From positions 80,954 to 144,953 of the forward strand of contig CAYSRG010000003.1 of the NCBI GenBank assembly GCA_964433555.1: 64,000 nucleotides of DNA, given 5' to 3'. A program made the translations under genes and the position numbers. This document shows, piece after piece, positions 58,696-64,000 of the stretch. The first letter of the stretch is position 1. Every line of letters begins with the position of its first letter. The notes under the pieces are model-generated. The model was given only the letters and a program-made list of their open reading frames with translations. It did not search any database and was not told the origin of the DNA. Origin of the DNA: an uncultured Atribacterota bacterium. GTDB lineage: Bacteria > Atribacterota > Phoenicimicrobiia > Phoenicimicrobiales > Stramentimicrobiaceae.

Positions 58696-59637
58696 TCATT
58701 CTTCCAATAAATAATCCCCCTGTAATAGTTGGTTCCCCTGCCCATCTGCAAATGCAAATACAAAACCCTTTTTTAAAGCACATGCGCCAACTTCCCCTTT
58801 TTTATTCATTGCTAAAAAACAAATCTGACGTGTATTATTATAATAATTTTTTCCCTTAATTCGTTGAACTGCAAATTTACAAGCCTCTTTTGGAGAATAG
58901 CCCTCTCGCATCTTTTCGACAATTAGAAAACTACCAACAGCTTTCATGGATATCTCACCAAAACCGGTCGAACAAGCTCCACCTACCTCATTATCCACGA
59001 ATAAAGCAGCACCAATGATCGGTGAATCACCTACTCTGCCATACAAAGAAAATTTAATCCCACTCGTGGAAACTCCGCCACTCATATTTCCTTTATTATC
59101 AATTGCTAAAAGTCCTATCGTATCATGATTCTCTTTTTCGTCTAAAGCCATTTCTTGCTCTTTCTTCCATTCCTCCCAAGCTTCCTCTGCTTTCGGTGTT
59201 AGAAGTCTTTGTCTTTTAAATCCATTCCTTGATGCAAAATTAAGGGCACCTTCTCCAACCAGCATGACATGTGGCGTCTTCTCCATGACCAATCTGGCAA
59301 CTGAAATAGGATTTTTAACTTCTTTTAGAAAAGCAACTGCGCCGGCATTGCCATTCCAGTCCATGATTGAAGCATCAAGGGTAAGATTGCCTTCAGCATC
59401 AGGATACCCACCAAATCCTACTGAGGTTACATTCGGATCATTTTCGGCAACATTAATTCCAAACTCAACAGCATCGAGAGAAGATTTACCATTCATCATT
59501 GCGTTAATGGCAATTTCAGTAGCCTTATAGCCATGCGCCCAAGTAGATATACACAATGGTCCTGGTACGTTTTTTATTATTCCTCCCCTTTTTTTAAGTG
59601 AACCTACATTGGTTAAACTCTGATTTTCCTCTATCAT
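58696..59637 (-). CDS. Ntn-hydrolase, glycosylasparaginase / isoaspartyl peptidase family (T2)
   Basis: SVG.GG.PD..G..TLDASIMD, TPHVMLVGEGA, HD|TIG cleavage site, GRVGDSPIIGA. Confidence 0.9.
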   Translation of the reverse strand: MIEENQSLTNVGSLKKRGGIIKNVPGPLCISTWAHGYKATEIAINAMMNGKSSLDAVEFGINVAENDPNVTSVGFGGYPDAEGNLTLDASIMDWNGNAGAVAFLKEVKNPISVARLVMEKTPHVMLVGEGALNFASRNGFKRQRLLTPKAEEAWEEWKKEQEMALDEKENHDTIGLLAIDNKGNMSGGVSTSGIKFSLYGRVGDSPIIGAALFVDNEVGGACSTGFGEISMKAVGSFLIVEKMREGYSPKEACKFAVQRIKGKNYYNNTRQICFLAMNKKGEVGACALKKGFVFAFADGQGNQLLQGDYLLEE

Positions 59638-59818
59638 TTTATTATCTGATTCAATTCCTTTCTTCCATTTTTTTTAGATCAATTAAAAATCTCTAAAATT
59701 ACATTCTACATCTAAGAATAAATTTTATATCCTATTCTTACTGTCTGTTGCAAACCACTATCAATTGATGGTATTAATGAAAATAAATCTTTCTCCTCTT
59801 ATATTCATCAATTCATTA

Positions 59819-60871
59819 TCAATGAATAGTCTCCCCAAAAAAGCGCAGAAGATTTCCACCTATAATCTTTATAACATCACCTTTGCTATAACCACGGCTT
59901 AACAATTCTGCCGTTAGTCTGCTGCATTGTGAATGACCTTTTATGCAATCATATTTCTGATGGGGAATTTTCTTTGAAAAGTCTCTCATTTCATCACAAA
60001 AGTCAAAACCAAATCCGATATGGTCTATTCCAACCAGTTTATTAATATAATTAATATGATTTGCAAGATCTTTTTCGTTCAGGCTTTCTTGATCGGAGTA
60101 GCCCACAAAACTACTGCATACATTCATTCCCATTACACCTCCCCGGGAGGCTAAAACCTGAATTTGTCTGTCTGTAAGATTACGCATCGAAAAAGTAATA
60201 CTCCGACAATTGGAATGGGAAGCCATAACCGGACCATCATACAAAGCGAAAAGATCTTCTACACCTTCATCGTTAAGATGGCTGATATCAAGATACATTC
60301 CCAACCGAAGGGCTTCTTTTATCACGCTTACTCCAAAGTTTGTAAGGCCTCCCTTTTTGCCTTCTTCTACTTGATTGAAAAAACATCCATCAGCTGCATA
60401 GTTTCGTCGGCTCCAGGTTAAACCAAGTCCACGAACTCCCAATTCAAAGAAAATTCTTAGAAGAGACAGATCATTTCCAATCGGTTCAAGTCCTTCGAAT
60501 GAAAGAAGTATCGCAATTTCACCCTTCTCTTTTGCCTGCTCAATCTCTTTTGTATTCCGGCAAAGAGAGAAAAGCTTTGGGCTTTCTTCCATTTCCGAAT
60601 AAAGTGCACTGATATAATCCAAGGCTTTCCGAAGTCCCATTTCCGGTAAAAATTCATTAGAAATAAAAAGAGAAGAAACAATTAGATCTATGCCTCCAGC
60701 CTTTAAAGATGGAAGATACTCCTTCTCAATTACTTGGGTTTTCCCTTTAAGACGTTTTGCAAAAACAAGGGGAAGTAAATCAAAATGAGCATCTACAACA
60801 AAATTACTATTATGAAGTTGCGATGCCTGTTTCATGTTGAAAATTTCATCTTTTTCCTGAATATTCTTCAT
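59819..60871 (-). CDS. M19-family membrane-dipeptidase-like dipeptidase
   Basis: DAHFD, LSFEG, LTWS, DISH, SHSN, RNLTD, G.G.DF. Confidence 0.92.
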   Translation of the reverse strand: MKNIQEKDEIFNMKQASQLHNSNFVVDAHFDLLPLVFAKRLKGKTQVIEKEYLPSLKAGGIDLIVSSLFISNEFLPEMGLRKALDYISALYSEMEESPKLFSLCRNTKEIEQAKEKGEIAILLSFEGLEPIGNDLSLLRIFFELGVRGLGLTWSRRNYAADGCFFNQVEEGKKGGLTNFGVSVIKEALRLGMYLDISHLNDEGVEDLFALYDGPVMASHSNCRSITFSMRNLTDRQIQVLASRGGVMGMNVCSSFVGYSDQESLNEKDLANHINYINKLVGIDHIGFGFDFCDEMRDFSKKIPHQKYDCIKGHSQCSRLTAELLSRGYSKGDVIKIIGGNLLRFFGETIH

Positions 60872-61046
60872 GCATCATTTACCTCATGTCATGTTATGTA
60901 ATAATATATTTAAAAATCCTATTTCATATACTACAAATCCCATACAAAAAATGATTAATAATAAATATAAAATGAGTATTTTTCTTAATTTTACTGTATC
61001 TCTTTAACTTGAAATTAAGCAAGGTTTTATATAATTGCTATACATA

Positions 61047-62327
61047 TTAGATTAAATAGAATTCCGCCTGTCTCCCATTTAAAGTATGGCATCCGTCTTT
61101 AGTAAAGATGACTGCCTCTTCCATGCCAAATCTGACATTCTGGTCATGCCACTCTTCTATTAATTTTTCACTGCTCAACTCCATAGCAAAAGCATAGTTA
61201 TGCTTCATAAGCGTTTTGCCTCTGGGCAGGGGATTCTCCTGCTCCCATGGCAATCCAATCAGTGGTCCTGGCTGATGGAGAAATAGTCCCAAAGAATGTG
61301 AATATATCCGGGGACGTAAAATGCCTTCCCTGTGAGCCTTTTTAAGAATATTTTGTTGTAATTCATTCCCTGAAATATTTTCTTTAAATTCATCCATGAA
61401 AATTTCTTGCAATTGATTGGTTTGAGTCATAAGAGATCGAAGTCCTGCCGGGGCATCTGTTTCACCTCTCTTCAAAACATAAGCAAGGTGTTGATTATCC
61501 GAGTTCAGTCGTAGGTACTTAATTCCAACATCACAGTGAATGACATCTCCAGGTAAAATTATATTTTTATCATGTTTTGTAATCTCTGTTTCATTTCTGA
61601 TAACATTAAAATGGGGATTAAAAGGTAAATCCAATCCCAAATCAACTGCATTTTGCCAATAATGCCACTTCAAATCATCTACTGTAGTAACTCCCGGAGT
61701 AATTGTTTCGCGACTAAAACATTCAGCAATTATATAATGGGCAATCTTTATAACGTGCTGAAAAATATTGATTTCACTGTCGGTTAAGGTTGCACTCCAT
61801 CGTATTGCTGCTTCCTCGGCACTTACCAGGCGTATGGAGTATTTCTCTGGAAGCTTGCTTTTAAGTTGCTGGTATAGATTATGGGTAAGACCTCCGCCAC
61901 ACCACTTCTCACTGCCTATATTAATCCCAATACGTCTGGGATCTCGTTTCTTAACCAGATCTAGCAGAACTGCCCATTGTTCTTCTTCCAGTTGTCCGAT
62001 ATAAGGCCGTTGGTATAAATCTTTGGTATCAGTGCCAGATACATTGTACTTTTCTATCTTTCCATTCCCCTGGTCAATAAAAATCAACATCTGCAGAATA
62101 GGACTCCAACAATCTAAGGGAATCATAGTCCTGTAAATAGGATCAAGATTGTCCTCCTGGCAAAGAATAATCCACATATCAATATCAGCATCTTTCATAG
62201 CTAAAGGCAATATTATTCCTAAACGATCTTCCAGTAATCCTTTAATTAGTTCTGCCCGTTTTTTTATAGGCAGAATATCCGGGACACAATATTTACCTAT
62301 TTTTCTAATATCAGCTCGTTCAAACAT
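61047..62327 (-). CDS. M24-family Xaa-Pro aminopeptidase-like protein
   Basis: HCDVG..Y..LNSD.Q, YSHSLG..LH..GP, AMEL, GMEE pita-bread-fold ligands. Confidence 0.85.
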   Translation of the reverse strand: MFERADIRKIGKYCVPDILPIKKRAELIKGLLEDRLGIILPLAMKDADIDMWIILCQEDNLDPIYRTMIPLDCWSPILQMLIFIDQGNGKIEKYNVSGTDTKDLYQRPYIGQLEEEQWAVLLDLVKKRDPRRIGINIGSEKWCGGGLTHNLYQQLKSKLPEKYSIRLVSAEEAAIRWSATLTDSEINIFQHVIKIAHYIIAECFSRETITPGVTTVDDLKWHYWQNAVDLGLDLPFNPHFNVIRNETEITKHDKNIILPGDVIHCDVGIKYLRLNSDNQHLAYVLKRGETDAPAGLRSLMTQTNQLQEIFMDEFKENISGNELQQNILKKAHREGILRPRIYSHSLGLFLHQPGPLIGLPWEQENPLPRGKTLMKHNYAFAMELSSEKLIEEWHDQNVRFGMEEAVIFTKDGCHTLNGRQAEFYLI

Positions 62328-62477
62328 TATATCTCCTTACCATATTTATTATTTAGCTTTTTAAATAGATATTATAATGATTTGTCCTTTCCTTGACTTT
62401 TATATTCATTCAGTTAGTTCATGTTTTCTGAATTAAATAAAGACTTTTATCCTTTTAAAAAGTGCTTAGTAAAAACT

Positions 62478-63440
62478 TTACTCACAATACCTGGTGCACA
62501 TTACAAAATGGCCATTCCCAATATTGATTAATTGATCTTCCATATAATCACATACTGGTTTCACAAACTTGCATCGGGTTTTAAATGTACAACCGGTAAT
62601 TTTATTCAAGGGGCTAGGTATCTCTCCTTCAATCGGAATTTCCTTTCTCTCCCGTTCTTTTCGTGGATTGGGGATAGGAATAGAAGATAAAAGGGCTTGG
62701 GTATACGGGTGCTTCGGATTTTTAAATAGCTCTTCTTTCCCTGCTAATTCAACTAATTTCCCCATATACATGACGCCAACACGAGTGCTGATATATTTAA
62801 CCATAGATAAATCATGGGCAATAAATAGATAGGTCAGTCCAAATTTATTCTGTAATTCGTTGAGCAAATTAACAATCTGTCCCTGAATCGACACATCAAG
62901 TGCTGATATGGGTTCATCGCAGATAATAAATTTTGGCCCCACCGCTAAAGCACGGGCAATGGCCAACCGTTGTCTCTGACCTCCTGAAAATTCATGAGGA
63001 TAACGGGTAATATATTCAGGAGTCAGCCCTACTAATTCCAACATTTCTATCACTTTTTGTTCTTGTGTTTTTTTTGTTCCAATTTTATGTATTTCCAATC
63101 CTTCACTAACCAGCTCCTTAACCATCATTCTTGGATTTAAAGAAGAATAAGGGTCTTGGAAAATCATTTGCATATGAAGCATAAAAGACCTCATATCCTT
63201 TTTATCCATTCTCGATATATCTTTCCCCTCAAAAATCACCTGTCCATTTGTTGGTTTGTAAATTCCTTTAATCGTCCGGCCTAAAGTAGATTTTCCACAT
63301 CCCGATTCACCGACAAGCCCAAAAGTCTCACCTTTATATATGTCAATATTAATATTATCTACAGCATGAAGAACTCTATTGCCAGAAAGGTAAAAGTATT
63401 TTTTTAACTTTTTTACCTCTACTATTTTTTCCTTCATCAT
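62478..63440 (-). CDS. oppF: oligopeptide/dipeptide ABC ATP-binding subunit
   Basis: [35 protein letters not shown], Cys-rich tail. Confidence 0.93.
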   Translation of the reverse strand: MMKEKIVEVKKLKKYFYLSGNRVLHAVDNINIDIYKGETFGLVGESGCGKSTLGRTIKGIYKPTNGQVIFEGKDISRMDKKDMRSFMLHMQMIFQDPYSSLNPRMMVKELVSEGLEIHKIGTKKTQEQKVIEMLELVGLTPEYITRYPHEFSGGQRQRLAIARALAVGPKFIICDEPISALDVSIQGQIVNLLNELQNKFGLTYLFIAHDLSMVKYISTRVGVMYMGKLVELAGKEELFKNPKHPYTQALLSSIPIPNPRKERERKEIPIEGEIPSPLNKITGCTFKTRCKFVKPVCDYMEDQLINIGNGHFVMCTRYCE

Positions 63441-64000
63441 ACTCTTCCTTCTCTTTCCTTAAAGTGCTCTAATTGTCTTAATGCTTTTTTGTGATATAAC
63501 CAGCAGAATACCCTGCTATTATTTTTTAAATACAGGTATTTGGGAATTTTTTCTTTACAAATTTGCATTGTGTAATCACAACGATCGGCGAACGGGCAAC
63601 CTGGTGGTATATTCAAGAGAAAAGGCGGAGTCCCATCAATGGTTCTCAATTTTTGATCTTCATTATCAGCTAAGCTTGGCACAGCTTTTAATAAACTGGC
63701 TGTATAGGGATGCCTAGGCTGGTAATATATCTGATTTACTTCACCCTCCTCTATCACTCTTCCGGCATACATCACAGCAACACGATCAGCAATTCCGGCG
63801 ACAACTCCAAAATCATGCGTAATTAAAATGATAGCTGTCCCAAATTTTGTCTTAAGTTCCTTTAGCATACGAAATATCTGAGATTGGATCGTCACATCCA
63901 ACGCTGTAGTTGGTTCATCAGCAATCATAATATCCGGACGATTAGCCATTGCTATAGCTATCATGACACGCTGTTTCATTCCACCAGAAAGTTCATGGGG
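63437..64000 (-). CDS. oppD: oligopeptide/dipeptide ABC ATP-binding subunit, 5' part outside the window
   Basis: frame open to the window edge: [40 protein letters not shown]. Confidence 0.92.
   Translation of the reverse strand, partial: PHELSGGMKQRVMIAIAMANRPDIMIADEPTTALDVTIQSQIFRMLKELKTKFGTAIILITHDFGVVAGIADRVAVMYAGRVIEEGEVNQIYYQPRHPYTASLLKAVPSLADNEDQKLRTIDGTPPFLLNIPPGCPFADRCDYTMQICKEKIPKYLYLKNNSRVFCWLYHKKALRQLEHFKEREGRV

Noticed and set aside
798-63717. the many 60-128 aa ORFs overlapping larger genes (e.g. 25167-25526, 27258-27569, 42203-42523, 49946-50332)
   Set aside because: Antisense or alternate-frame shadows of well-supported genes, without RBS or recognisable motifs

Overview
Bacterial chromosomal window, AT-rich overall, with a visibly more GC-rich stretch at about 24.0-29.5 kb. 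Gene content (TolC proteins, Firmicutes-style T-box and ykkC-class riboswitches, sigma70-type promoters, anaerobe Fe-S genes) suggests a diderm anaerobe, possibly Atribacterota; this is inference only. In order: glgP; an OmpR-type two-component pair; several housekeeping genes and gene remnants; a thiol-redox/CcdA-like module; a Fur-controlled Orange-protein-like cluster (NifX-fold proteins, MinD-ferredoxin ATPases, radical SAM); TetR plus radical SAM; a MacAB-type efflux operon with two TolC genes; MarR-MATE; ilvBNC behind a tandem T-box and ppGpp-type riboswitch; ApbE with an FMN-binding protein; a GGDEF/HD-GYP protein; a sugar cluster (fucU, fucI, E2, fused E1, PHP protein, SrlD-like, SorE-like, PfkB); and an Opp-linked run of seven peptidases for atypical bonds. 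Best leads: (1) the sugar cluster, which can be read as an aldolase-independent 6-deoxyhexose pathway ending in ThDP/lipoyl cleavage to acetyl-CoA; (2) an unannotated ~90-nt sRNA candidate carrying an anti-Shine-Dalgarno sequence; (3) an identically spaced four-box motif shared by the two-component and efflux promoters 27 kb apart. No tRNA, rRNA, CRISPR array or intact transposase was seen.
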